Positions 39,112 through 48,959 of a DNA stretch of 64,000 nt are shown one piece after another; the stretch's first letter is position 1; every line of letters begins with the position of its first letter. The stretch lies in IMG/VR virus record IMGVR_UViG_3300021142_000023, positions 1 through 64,000 of that record. The stretch is one strand, 5' to 3'. Under the pieces are notes generated by a model. The model ran no database searches. It saw nothing but the letters and a program-made list of their open reading frames with translations, and was not told the origin of the DNA. This DNA comes from a virus. The position numbers and the translations under genes are program-made.

Positions 39112-40292
39112 CCTAAGAAGAACATTGGAGGTTCTTGAACCTCTGAGTGACCACCTTTTAGCTCATCTTCAAGAGCTTTCTTTTCTTCTGTACCTTGTCT
39201 CATTAGTTCTTGATACTGTAATGTACCACTACCAAAGAGTTGTGTGTTACCAAATTTACCACGGGTATTAGCAATGGAAATTTTCATTAACGCCTTAGCG
39301 TATTCCATTACCCAACGCTCTTTTACTAAGTCTTTAATAGGTCTTTCTAAATATACACCAATACAAGCAAAATAACGGGCATTATTATTCGAAGAAATAG
39401 TTGGATCTGGTGTTATACGCAACACTTGTGTACGCGGGTCAAATCTGCAATATTGCTTCATTGCAAACAGTTTTTCGCGAGTCTTTAACCAGTCTTTCAA
39501 TACATGCCAGGTAATTAAGTCAAATGCTTTACTACCTAAAGAGTAAGCAAAGTGCATTTGTTGTGCTAATGATTGTTCAATAGTAAATAATGTATTAACA
39601 CCTTCATTTGAACCTTCTTGAAAGTTATAAATGTCTATTACTTTTCTGTAAGAGTTTAAATCGTAATCCCAACCAGATTGAAATGTACTGTCCCAACCAG
39701 ATAGTTCAGGGGTATAGTTAATAAGAGTGTCTAACTTAATACCCTTACCGCCTGTGTATAGGTTTGAGTCAAATATTAATAGCTCTTCCGTACCCGGTGT
39801 AAAACGTGTAAATACCTCAATTGCATATGCAATCATGTCATAAGCTGCTGTACAAGCTAACTCTAAATTAATTAAAGGTGCGCCTAGCTGAAAGAAAATA
39901 CGTTCAGCTAACAAATCGTAACTTATAATTCTACTATTTAAATTAGTGGAAAGAAATGCAGCAGGTCCAACTGTTGAAACAGTAGTAACAGGGGCTCTAT
40001 ATTCTAAAGCAGAAAATGTATAAGGGCCGCCTGGCTTGGTATTGGGTTGGTCTATTTGTACTTGTATATAGCCGCTATTTTGACCGGTTAAACCTTGCAC
40101 AATACTATTTGTAACACCATTACCATTTGTAAACCACCCTACCTGTACATCATTAATACTTGGTGTCGGGTTTATAGGAAAAGCAGCACCCGAAGCAGGA
40201 AACCCTGTTGTACTGTAAAAAGCTAGAGAGCCACCGCTTACACTATTTACATTAGTATAAGCTGGTGTTGGATAGTATTCATATGCCGCCAT
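39108..40292 (-). CDS. gp13: Neck protein (gp13-like) with N-terminal extension
   Basis: I..QLGAPLINLEL, WVMEYAKALMK..RGKF..G.LQ..G.EEK..LE, PMFFLG. Confidence 0.88.
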   Translation of the reverse strand: MAAYEYYPTPAYTNVNSVSGGSLAFYSTTGFPASGAAFPINPTPSINDVQVGWFTNGNGVTNSIVQGLTGQNSGYIQVQIDQPNTKPGGPYTFSALEYRAPVTTVSTVGPAAFLSTNLNSRIISYDLLAERIFFQLGAPLINLELACTAAYDMIAYAIEVFTRFTPGTEELLIFDSNLYTGGKGIKLDTLINYTPELSGWDSTFQSGWDYDLNSYRKVIDIYNFQEGSNEGVNTLFTIEQSLAQQMHFAYSLGSKAFDLITWHVLKDWLKTREKLFAMKQYCRFDPRTQVLRITPDPTISSNNNARYFACIGVYLERPIKDLVKERWVMEYAKALMKISIANTRGKFGNTQLFGSGTLQYQELMRQGTEEKKALEDELKGGHSEVQEPPMFFLG

Positions 40293-40300
40293 ACCTATAC

Positions 40301-40798
40301 TTAGGAGGCCATAAGCTTAGGTAGTACTATCTTTACCACTTCTTCCGCACTAAGAAACGCCTCTTCTACAAACAATCTATCCCACCAAAATCCGAATTGA
40401 TCTGGTCGTAAATACTTGCGATCCTTAAGAATATTAGTATTTTGCTTATATCCGTATATGTTTGGATCTGATTGCCCGAATATTACAAAACCATTACGTG
40501 TCTTATAGTATGTAGCAAAATGCTGAAAAAAGTTATCTACTGAAAACCAACCATCACAATCTTTAATAAGATCTAATAACTCTTGTGGTCCTAAATTATG
40601 TTTAATAGCAGATACTCCCTTAAGTACAGTCTCTCCTACAACCCCAATTTGAATAACTTCAAGATTTGGTATCTGTTGTTTTAATATTTCAATTACCTGT
40701 TCCCAGTAAGGATAGTTTTTTGGGTTTATACCGTTATGACCCTTGCATAGTTTTTCTTTAGGTAGTTTTTGAGAGTACGGACTAATTACGATTTTCAT
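40301..40798 (-). CDS. GT9 (heptosyltransferase-like) C-terminal domain as a separate ORF
   Basis: KNYPYWEQVI, IQIG, FSVDNFFQHFA, VIFG.SDP. Confidence 0.75.
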   Translation of the reverse strand: MKIVISPYSQKLPKEKLCKGHNGINPKNYPYWEQVIEILKQQIPNLEVIQIGVVGETVLKGVSAIKHNLGPQELLDLIKDCDGWFSVDNFFQHFATYYKTRNGFVIFGQSDPNIYGYKQNTNILKDRKYLRPDQFGFWWDRLFVEEAFLSAEEVVKIVLPKLMAS

Positions 40799-41850
40799 AG
40801 ATATACCTTTCTCATTGCATCAACTAAATTGCCTTTCCAGTTATTTTCAAACATAAATTTGTATGTATTTTGCTTTTCAGCGTTGACAAACGGTGCAGCA
40901 TCGGCTAGCGAACAAAAAGTAACATTTTCTTCATTTATGTCCCAAAAACAATCAGCATAGCAACACCCTATTACTATTTTAAAATCTCTATAACGCTTTA
41001 ATATGTCAGGCAATATCTGTTTAAATGCATAATGATCTCCACGGCCGCTATCTAGATAATAAAACTTATAGCTGTTTGCCGCCACCCCCCACTCGCGCAT
41101 TTTATTACGGAATACCATTTCATCTGATTGGAGCATTCTATCATCTTTTTCACTACGAATACCGCCAGTTTGGTAATGAAAATGCCAGGTTATTAATCCT
41201 AAAACCGCGATCAGTTTCCACCCAGCTTTAAACATTTCATATGTAAAAATAGTTTCTTCTCTATGACCCTTTCTGGATAGACTCATTTCATAACCATGGG
41301 TAGCAGCTGTCACTCTATATATAAACGTGCTACCCTGTAAGTGCTCTACTTCCTTGAGGGTAGGCTTACCTGTTGTATAAACCCATTGTTCATTTAAGCC
41401 CAAATAAATGTCATCCATTTTGTTAGATGCAAGTTTACTAAACATCGGGCTTTTCGGGTCTACTATAGAAGGACCCACAGCACCTATTTTGTCATCAGAA
41501 GTAATAGTATTATAGAGTACCTCAAGATTATTAGGTAGAAGCATATTATCATCATCAATACGCCATATAAAAGCTGTGTCACACGTCTTTCGAGCATTTT
41601 CATGATTGGTAACTTGACCGGTTTTAGCTCCAGGTATCCAATACCATTGAATCCCGGCTAATGTAAAGGCGGCTAGTATATTGTTAATAACATCATTAGT
41701 ACGTGGATCTGCAAATGTGTCATTATCATCAAACACAATAACTTTGCAAGGCTTAACGGTTTGACTCAACAGGGATGATAAAACTAATGGCAAAGTCGTA
41801 TTAGTTCTACCCCTTGTAGAGATTGTTGCAGTAACGTCCTTTAAAATCAT
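40795..41850 (-). CDS. GT2 glycosyltransferase fused to a GT9-like N-terminal domain
   Basis: TISTRGR, VFDD, RIDDD, HREE, then GRGDH..IL..I; promoter TTGTAT-N16-TAAAAT 6 nt before the ATG. Confidence 0.8.
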   Translation of the reverse strand: MILKDVTATISTRGRTNTTLPLVLSSLLSQTVKPCKVIVFDDNDTFADPRTNDVINNILAAFTLAGIQWYWIPGAKTGQVTNHENARKTCDTAFIWRIDDDNMLLPNNLEVLYNTITSDDKIGAVGPSIVDPKSPMFSKLASNKMDDIYLGLNEQWVYTTGKPTLKEVEHLQGSTFIYRVTAATHGYEMSLSRKGHREETIFTYEMFKAGWKLIAVLGLITWHFHYQTGGIRSEKDDRMLQSDEMVFRNKMREWGVAANSYKFYYLDSGRGDHYAFKQILPDILKRYRDFKIVIGCCYADCFWDINEENVTFCSLADAAPFVNAEKQNTYKFMFENNWKGNLVDAMRKVYL

Positions 41851-41927
41851 TACTATATTTTATGCTAACCTATTAAAAATACAAGAGATTATATAGTTTT
41901 ATTGGTATATTAGCATAAGTATACGCA

Positions 41928-42587
41928 ATGGTTTACAAACTCATAACTCAAACCCCTATCTGCGAGGGACTTGATTATCTAATCGAAGAAGGCAACAAAG
42001 ACAAGCCAGCCAATATTTATGTATCTGGTGTTTATATGGTAGCAGAAGAAAAGAACCGTAATAACCGCATTTACAGCCGTGAAGAAATGGCCCGTGAAGT
42101 AGAACGCTACAATGAAGAATTTGTTAGAACAAACAGAGCTTTAGGTGAACTTGAACACCCAAACAGCGCTAATGTTAGCAGCGAAAGAGCATGCCATCTA
42201 ATTACTGAACTTAGAATGGACGGTAATGTGGTAAAAGGTAAAAGCAAGATACTACGCACCCCACTAGGAGAAATCATGAGATCTCTAGTCATGGATGGTG
42301 TTAAGATGGGTATGAGCTCAAGAGCTTTAGGTACAGTAGAGGATAAAGGTGGTACCAACTACGTAACCAACATGAAACTCATTACAGTTGACGCCGTAGC
42401 TGATCCTTCTGCTCCTGGTGCATTTGTTAACGGTATTTTAGAATCTAAAAACTTTATTATCAAGCAAGACGGTCGTTACGAAGAAATATACGACGTTTTA
42501 GAATCTAAACTTAGCTCCTTGCCTAAAAAGGACGTCGACCTATATCTTAGAGAGCACATCATTCGCTTTATCAACAACCTTAAATAA
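41928..42587 (+). CDS. gp21: Prohead protease
   Basis: KNRNNRIY, ALGELEHP, GMSSRALG, DAVADPSAPGAFV.GILE. Confidence 0.97.
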   Translation: MVYKLITQTPICEGLDYLIEEGNKDKPANIYVSGVYMVAEEKNRNNRIYSREEMAREVERYNEEFVRTNRALGELEHPNSANVSSERACHLITELRMDGNVVKGKSKILRTPLGEIMRSLVMDGVKMGMSSRALGTVEDKGGTNYVTNMKLITVDAVADPSAPGAFVNGILESKNFIIKQDGRYEEIYDVLESKLSSLPKKDVDLYLREHIIRFINNLK

Positions 42588-42588
42588 T

Positions 42589-42750
42589 ATGAATCATAAA
42601 AATCAAATTGCAAGCTTTATTAAGCACGTAGTTGATAAAAACTACTCAACTGCTAATTCAACGTTACAAGCAGTAATCAATGAGAAACTCAAGCAACGTA
42701 TCCAAAAAGCGGATTCAGTAATTGCAAACAAAACTGCAAAAAAATCCTGA
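42589..42750 (+). CDS. Small prohead core protein (gp67/68-like), 53 aa (not in the ORF track)
   Basis: MNHKNQIASFIKHVVDKNYSTANSTLQAVINEKLKQRI..; lies between gp21 and gp22. Confidence 0.65.
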   Translation: MNHKNQIASFIKHVVDKNYSTANSTLQAVINEKLKQRIQKADSVIANKTAKKS

Positions 42751-42785
42751 TAATAACACACATTTTACTAAATATATAATACGAT

Positions 42786-43724
42786 ATGAGCCAAGACATT
42801 TCCACAATTCTTAAAGAGGCAACAAAAGACCTCCTTTCCGAGGAATCGCTAAAAGCAGTTTCTGAAGCTGTTGAAGCAAAGGTTAACCTCGCAGTTGAAG
42901 CTGCTCTTGTACAACAAGACGAAGAGTACTCAGCTAAGCTTGAAAAAGTTTTAGAAGCTATTGACGCTGATCATACAGCTAAGCTTGAAAAGATTGTTAC
43001 TCGTATCGACGACTTACATGCAAAGCAATTTGCTGAAGCTATACAAAAGCTTGACGAAGACCGCGCTACAAAGCTCGCTCACGTTGTAAAGCTCTATGAA
43101 AATGCTTCAAAGGTAGAAGCAAAAGAATTTACAAAGAACATTGTAGAGAATGTTTCATCTTATCTCGATCTTTATCTTGATAAAGCAATTCCTTCACAGC
43201 AACTTCAAGAAGCTACACAAAATGCCCGTAATACTAAGATCGTTGAAGAAATTAAACGCTTAGTAAGCCTTGATGAAACTTTCGTAAATGAAAGCGTAAA
43301 AGAAGCTTTATTAGACGGTAAGAAACAAATTGATGAAGCTAATGCACGTGCTGCAGCAGCTGCAAAACAATCACAACTTTTAAACGAAAAAGTTCAATCA
43401 TTAGAGTCAAATCTTTTATTAGAAAGAAAAGTATCAACACTTCCTGCTAACAAAAAGAGTTATGCTCTTCGTGTACTAGCTGAAAAAGATGCAAAGTACA
43501 TTAACGAAAACTTTAATTACGTTTTAGAAATGTTTGACAAGCGTGAAGATGAAAAACTTCAAGAGCTTAAAGAATCCACAGCACCAAAATCTAGAGGTGT
43601 TGATGTATTAGTTACAGAAGACAAGAAACAAGTTTCGAAATCATTTACATCTGCTTCAGATGACGATGGTGAAAAGTTTGTAGCTGAGTCTTACGTATCA
43701 CTACTTAAGAATAAGCTTGCTTAA
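42786..43724 (+). CDS. gp22: Prohead core scaffold
   Basis: Acidic coiled coil, VSSYLDLYL, many L/I-x-E sites; lies between protease and capsid genes. Confidence 0.88.
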   Translation: MSQDISTILKEATKDLLSEESLKAVSEAVEAKVNLAVEAALVQQDEEYSAKLEKVLEAIDADHTAKLEKIVTRIDDLHAKQFAEAIQKLDEDRATKLAHVVKLYENASKVEAKEFTKNIVENVSSYLDLYLDKAIPSQQLQEATQNARNTKIVEEIKRLVSLDETFVNESVKEALLDGKKQIDEANARAAAAAKQSQLLNEKVQSLESNLLLERKVSTLPANKKSYALRVLAEKDAKYINENFNYVLEMFDKREDEKLQELKESTAPKSRGVDVLVTEDKKQVSKSFTSASDDDGEKFVAESYVSLLKNKLA

Positions 43725-43747
43725 TAAATAAATCAGATTTTTTACAC

Positions 43748-43775
43748 AAAAGCCCGAGAAATCGGGCTTTTTTTT
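43748..43775 (+). terminator. Intrinsic terminator after gp22
   Basis: AAAAGCCCGA-GAAA-TCGGGCTTTTTTTT. Confidence 0.9.
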
Positions 43776-43844
43776 GTAAGTATATCTACACGTTGAAGTA
43801 CTGTTAAGTACTTGAGGTAATGTTAGTTTATAAAATTATTAGAT

Positions 43845-45281
43845 ATGAAACAAATTAAACCTTCACAGTCATACATCGATCGTGATCGCGCAGGCCAACT
43901 TTTAAAGAAGTGGGCACCATTGCTTAATCACTCCGATGATAACACTCCAGAAATCGTAAACGAACACACTCGTTTGAACACAGCTATCCTTCTTGAAAAT
44001 CAAGAGAAGTGGTGCTTTGAGTCCGCTAACGCAGCAGGTAATGCAGGCGTTTTCGGTACACTTCAAGGTAACCCTGGTCAAGGCGGCTTACAATCAAGCG
44101 ACTTCTATGCATCACAAGATGCTCGTTTACCAAAGATCCTCATTCCGATGATCCGCCGTACTTTCCCAGAATTGATCACAAACGAAATCGTTGGTGTTCA
44201 ACCTATGAGCGGTCCAGTTGGTCTCGCTTTTGCACTTCGTTATAAATACGAAGCAGACCCACTCGGTGGTACACAACTAGACAATGGTTTCGGTACACCA
44301 GGCGGTAATGCTAACGGGGTACAAGGATGGACAAACGCTTCAGACGGTACTGAAGTAGGTTGGAACTACCTCAATACTCGCTTCACGGGTATTTCTTCAA
44401 CGTTCCTTTCCGGTAACGCTGATTTCAACATCCTCCCAACAGATAGCGGTATTGCTCAATTCTTAAGCAATTTTGAATTAACAAGCAATATTCCTCAGAT
44501 GGTCGTTTCCTTCGAAAAGACCGCTGTTGAAGCTGGTACACGTCGTCTAGCTGCTCGTTGGTCAGTTGAACTTGAGCAAGATCTCAAGAACATGAACGGT
44601 ATCGACATTGACAATGAATTAACGAACGCTATGTCGTACGAAATTCAAGCTGAAATCGACCGTGAAATGGTAATCCGTATGTGCCAAGTTGCTCTCAACG
44701 CTGGTGCAGGCCAAGGTTATTCATTCTGGAACGCAGCTTCAGCTGATGGTCGTTGGTTAGGTGAACGTAACCGTGACTTCTTTGCACGTGTTATTGTTGA
44801 AGCTAACCGTGTTGCTATCCGCAATCGCCGTGGCGCAGCAAACTTCATCATTGCAACACCTCGTGTTTGCGCAATGTTTGAAATGCTTCCTGAGTTCCAA
44901 TGGTTCTCAGTTAACGGTAACGTAAACACACAACCAGTTGGTATTGCTAAAGTTGGTACAGTCGGTGGTCGTTTCACGATCTACCGTGATACACGTACAG
45001 AAGCACAATATCAGACAAATCAACGTGGTACAATACTTGAGTACGCTTTATTAGGCTACAAGGGTGCTGAATACTATGATACTGGTATCGTTTACTGCCC
45101 ATACATTCCTGTATTAGTACAGCGTACAGTTGGTCCTAATGATTTCAGCCCACGTGTTGGTTTAATGACCCGTTATGGTGTTATTGATCATATCTTTGGT
45201 GCTGCTCTTTATTACCACCTCATTATCGTATCTGGTCTTGGCAACGCTTTCGTTCCAGGCACAGCTGCTACAATGCTATAA
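43845..45281 (+). CDS. gp23: Major capsid protein
   Basis: KWAPLL, TAILLENQ, GVQPMSGPVGLAFALR, ELEQDLK..GID, EIDRE, YCPYIP, MTRYG. Confidence 0.98.
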   Translation: MKQIKPSQSYIDRDRAGQLLKKWAPLLNHSDDNTPEIVNEHTRLNTAILLENQEKWCFESANAAGNAGVFGTLQGNPGQGGLQSSDFYASQDARLPKILIPMIRRTFPELITNEIVGVQPMSGPVGLAFALRYKYEADPLGGTQLDNGFGTPGGNANGVQGWTNASDGTEVGWNYLNTRFTGISSTFLSGNADFNILPTDSGIAQFLSNFELTSNIPQMVVSFEKTAVEAGTRRLAARWSVELEQDLKNMNGIDIDNELTNAMSYEIQAEIDREMVIRMCQVALNAGAGQGYSFWNAASADGRWLGERNRDFFARVIVEANRVAIRNRRGAANFIIATPRVCAMFEMLPEFQWFSVNGNVNTQPVGIAKVGTVGGRFTIYRDTRTEAQYQTNQRGTILEYALLGYKGAEYYDTGIVYCPYIPVLVQRTVGPNDFSPRVGLMTRYGVIDHIFGAALYYHLIIVSGLGNAFVPGTAATML

Positions 45282-45313
45282 TAAGCATAGTACAAACGAT
45301 AAAACGTTTAATC

Positions 45314-45350
45314 AAAGAACCCGTCGAGAATTCTCGACGGGTTTCTTTTT
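45314..45350 (+). terminator. Intrinsic terminator after the capsid gene
   Basis: AACCCGTCGAGAATTCTCGACGGGTT palindrome followed by a T-rich tail. Confidence 0.88.
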
Positions 45351-45396
45351 GGTTGCAGACCTGTATTAACTTTGTTTCAGGAGTAAATAATAACAG

Positions 45397-46176
45397 ATGA
45401 GTAAGAAAAAACGCCTGCAAAAACAGAAGTTAGCTCAAAACATTCAAAATAACGCACCTGCTACTAAAGACAAAAGTCTTTTAGTACATCAGGCTGATAA
45501 ACTGGAAAGACCGGTGATGATACGACAAAGGCCGGATTTGACAAACAGGCAAAAAGAGTTTCTTAAAATAGCTTTAGATAATCATACAAAGGTTGTCTTT
45601 GTTACAGGGCCATCTGGTAGTAGTAAGAGTTTTCTAGCAACATTAGTTGCTTTGGAATTATTAAACCTAAAAAAGGTTTCTGACTTAATATATATTCGTA
45701 GTATAGTTGAGAGTTCAGATAATAAAATGGGATATCTTCCTGGGGATGCAGCTGAAAAGTTATCCCCATATCTAGAACCTTTAATGGAAAAGCTCGATGA
45801 GCTATTATGTAAAGCAGATATTACTACATTAATGAAAGAAGGCCGTATAGAAGGTAAACCGACAGGATATCTTCGTGGTCTTTCTTGGAATGCTAAAGCT
45901 ATTATTATGGACGAAGCTCAGAACAGTACATTTAGAGAGCTCACAACTTTATTAACCCGTGTAGGTCAGTTCAGTAAACTATTTATTTGCGGAGACCCGA
46001 TGCAATCCGATATTAACGGTAAGTCTGGGTTTGAAAAAATGTGCAACGTATTTAACGATGCTGAAAGCCGCGACAAAGGTATACACGTATTTACATTAAC
46101 CGAAGCAGACATAGTACGTAGTGAAATCGTGCGCTACATAGTAAAAAAGCTAGAATTGTATAACAAGAAAAACTAA
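45397..46176 (+). CDS. phoH: PhoH-like ATPase
   Basis: GPSGSSKS, MGYLPG..EK, YLRGLSW, DEAQN, LTRVG, GDPMQSD, IVRS. Confidence 0.93.
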   Translation: MSKKKRLQKQKLAQNIQNNAPATKDKSLLVHQADKLERPVMIRQRPDLTNRQKEFLKIALDNHTKVVFVTGPSGSSKSFLATLVALELLNLKKVSDLIYIRSIVESSDNKMGYLPGDAAEKLSPYLEPLMEKLDELLCKADITTLMKEGRIEGKPTGYLRGLSWNAKAIIMDEAQNSTFRELTTLLTRVGQFSKLFICGDPMQSDINGKSGFEKMCNVFNDAESRDKGIHVFTLTEADIVRSEIVRYIVKKLELYNKKN

Positions 46177-46284
46177 CTTTTATAACTCAGTCAAGCGCAC
46201 TGGCGAGAAAAAAATATTTTTTTCTTAGAGATAAAAATGTAAAAACATTTACAATACGTAAATAATATTCCCTGTACTAAAACT

Positions 46285-47256
46285 ATGATATTCGACGAAC
46301 AGATCTCCCGCAAACCTAATCACTATCCTTGGACAGAGGAATTTATCGAATCCATGCATAATGGCTTTTGGACCCATAAAGAGTTTAGTTTTAAGTCAGA
46401 TGTACAACAGTTTAAAGTTAAGTTAAATGATCAAGAAAGAGAGATTATTATCCGTACTTTATCCGCTATTGGTCAGATTGAAGTGGCTGTAAAAACGTTC
46501 TGGGCTAAGCTCGGGGAAAACCTACCACACCCATCTTTACAGGATCTTGGCTACGTAATGGCTAATACAGAGGTAATTCATAACAATGCTTATGAAAGGC
46601 TATTAACTGTACTCGGCCTTGAAGATGTATTTGAAGAGAATCTCAAGTTAGAATGGATACAAGGCCGTGTAAAGTATCTTAAGAAATATACACACCGTTA
46701 CTATAAAGACAAGAAAAAACAATATCTTTACGCTATTATACTCTTTACCCTATTCGTAGAGAATGTATCACTTATGAGCCAGTTCTATATTATTAACTGG
46801 TTTGCTCGTAATAAAAATCTACTTAAGGATACTGATCAGCAAGTTAAGTACACTCGTAATGAAGAGCATATACATGCATTAGTTGGTATGAAGATTATTA
46901 ACACTATCAGAGAAGAGCATCCAGAACTATTCGATGATGAGCTTGTAGAAAGGATCCTTGCTGAAGCTAAGGAAGCTTATGAAAGTGAAGCAAAAATTAT
47001 TGATTGGATGGTTAACGGTATTAATGAAGACGGATTGACTGCAGCACATCTTAAAGAGTTTGTAAAAGACCGTATTAACGAATCTCTCAGAGGTATCGGC
47101 TTCTCAGAGGTGTATGAAACGGATTCTAAGCTTCTCAAAGATATTTCCTGGTTTAACGAAGAATTACTCGGTAATAATATGACCGACTTCTTTCATTCTC
47201 GTCCTGTAGAGTATTCTAAAAAGTCACAAAGCTTTTCAGAAGACGATTTATTTTAA
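46285..47256 (+). CDS. nrdB: Ribonucleotide reductase class Ia beta subunit
   Basis: FW, EVIH..AY, FVENVSL.SQF, EEHIH, DFF..RPVEY. Confidence 0.95.
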   Translation: MIFDEQISRKPNHYPWTEEFIESMHNGFWTHKEFSFKSDVQQFKVKLNDQEREIIIRTLSAIGQIEVAVKTFWAKLGENLPHPSLQDLGYVMANTEVIHNNAYERLLTVLGLEDVFEENLKLEWIQGRVKYLKKYTHRYYKDKKKQYLYAIILFTLFVENVSLMSQFYIINWFARNKNLLKDTDQQVKYTRNEEHIHALVGMKIINTIREEHPELFDDELVERILAEAKEAYESEAKIIDWMVNGINEDGLTAAHLKEFVKDRINESLRGIGFSEVYETDSKLLKDISWFNEELLGNNMTDFFHSRPVEYSKKSQSFSEDDLF

Positions 47257-47282
47257 TAAAAAGTATAGTATAATATATAAAA

Positions 47283-48935
47283 ATGAGTAACAAGAACATT
47301 TACTGGCTGAATAGCGACTCTCGCAAGTTCCTTGAACGTGGTTATCTCCTGGACGGAGAAACTGCCGAAAAGCGTATCAGGGATATAGCTGAAAAAGCTG
47401 AAGAATACCTCAAATTAAAAGGCTTTGCAGATAAGTTTGAAAGTTATATGCACCAAGGTTTTTATTCCTTGGCTTCTCCTATTTGGTCAAACTTTGGTCG
47501 TAGTCGTGGTTTACCTATCTCGTGCTTTGGTTCGTACATCGACGATGATATGGATGCTATTCTGTACAAGATTTCAGAAATAGGTACTATGTCAAAGGCA
47601 GGTGGCGGTACATCAGCTTACTTTGGTAAAATTCGTCCACGCGGTGCACCTATTTCATCTGGTGGAGAATCTACTGGTGTACATCATCAGTTAACTGTAT
47701 TTGAAACGTTAACAGACTATATCTCACAAGGTAATGTGCGTAGAGGTTCATTTGCAGCGTACCTACCTATTGACCATAAGGATGTAGAAGAGTTTTTAAA
47801 GATTAAAAGCGAAGGTGATGACATTCAAAACCTTTCTATCGGTGTATGTGTAACTGATGAGTGGTTAAAGTCTATGCTTGATGGCGATAAAGAAAAACGT
47901 CGCATCTGGGGCTTAGTTATTAAGAAGCGCTTTGAATCTGGTTATCCTTATATCTTTTTTACTGATAACGCTAACAATCAAGCACCACAAGTATACAAAG
48001 ACAAGAACATTAAGATTAATCAAAGTAATCTCTGTACAGAGATTATGCTATCAAACGATAACGAAGAATCGTTTGTTTGTGATTTATCTTCTCTTAACTT
48101 TGAACAATGGGACAACTGGAAGAATACCGATGCAGTAGAAACACTTGTATACTTCCTTGATGCTGTGATGACTGAGTTTATTAATAAAACTGAAAAGATG
48201 AAGTTTATGGTACACCCAAGAAACTTCGCTATTAATCAGCGCGCGCTTGGTATCGGTGCACTCGGTTGGCATACATACCTTCAGTCTAAGATGATCGGGT
48301 TTGAAACGATGGAAGCAAAGCTACTCAATACTCAAATATGGAGCTTTGTTCGTAAAAAAGCAGATTCTGCTACCGCACAAATGGCTGTAGAGTACGGTGA
48401 ACCACCCTTACTTAAAGGTTACGGTCGTCGTAATGTAACTACATTAGCTGTAGCACCTACCACCTCTAGTTCGTTTATTCTCGGTCAAGCTTCACCTTCA
48501 GTTGAGCCTCTTAACTCTAACTACTTTGTTAAAGATTTAGCTAAAGGTAAATTTACCTATAAGAACCCCTATCTCGAGGCTTTACTGGAAACCAAGAAAA
48601 AGAATACAGAAGGTGTTTGGAAGTCTATTCTTGTAAAAGGCGGCTCGGTGCAACATCTCGAGTTCCTCACACCAGAAGAAAAGGCAGTGTTTAAGACATT
48701 CGGCGAAATCAGCCAAAAAGAAATAGTTATACAGGCAGCTGCTCGTCAGAAGTATATTGATCAAGGTCAGTCATTAAACTTAATGATTCCACCTAACACT
48801 AAGCCAAAAGACGTTAACGAGTTAATAGTATTTGCTTGGGAAAACGGTATTAAGAGTCTTTATTATCAGCGTTCTGCTAACCCAGCACAAGAACTTGCTC
48901 GTTCAATATTAACCTGTTCAACTTGTGAGTCGTAA
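47283..48935 (+). CDS. nrdA: Ribonucleotide reductase class Ia alpha subunit (short form, no ATP cone evident)
   Basis: PISCF, RRGS, SNLCTEI, APTTSSS, DQGQSLN, KSLYY, C-terminal CxxC. Confidence 0.96.
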   Translation: MSNKNIYWLNSDSRKFLERGYLLDGETAEKRIRDIAEKAEEYLKLKGFADKFESYMHQGFYSLASPIWSNFGRSRGLPISCFGSYIDDDMDAILYKISEIGTMSKAGGGTSAYFGKIRPRGAPISSGGESTGVHHQLTVFETLTDYISQGNVRRGSFAAYLPIDHKDVEEFLKIKSEGDDIQNLSIGVCVTDEWLKSMLDGDKEKRRIWGLVIKKRFESGYPYIFFTDNANNQAPQVYKDKNIKINQSNLCTEIMLSNDNEESFVCDLSSLNFEQWDNWKNTDAVETLVYFLDAVMTEFINKTEKMKFMVHPRNFAINQRALGIGALGWHTYLQSKMIGFETMEAKLLNTQIWSFVRKKADSATAQMAVEYGEPPLLKGYGRRNVTTLAVAPTTSSSFILGQASPSVEPLNSNYFVKDLAKGKFTYKNPYLEALLETKKKNTEGVWKSILVKGGSVQHLEFLTPEEKAVFKTFGEISQKEIVIQAAARQKYIDQGQSLNLMIPPNTKPKDVNELIVFAWENGIKSLYYQRSANPAQELARSILTCSTCES

Positions 48936-48959
48936 TATATTGATTATTATTAGTACTTT

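Noticed and set aside
939-48935. Introns or inteins in gp43, nrdA/B, helicases and the capsid gene; alternative genetic code
   Set aside because: Proteins are of normal length with contiguous motifs, and TAA, TAG and TGA all end genes
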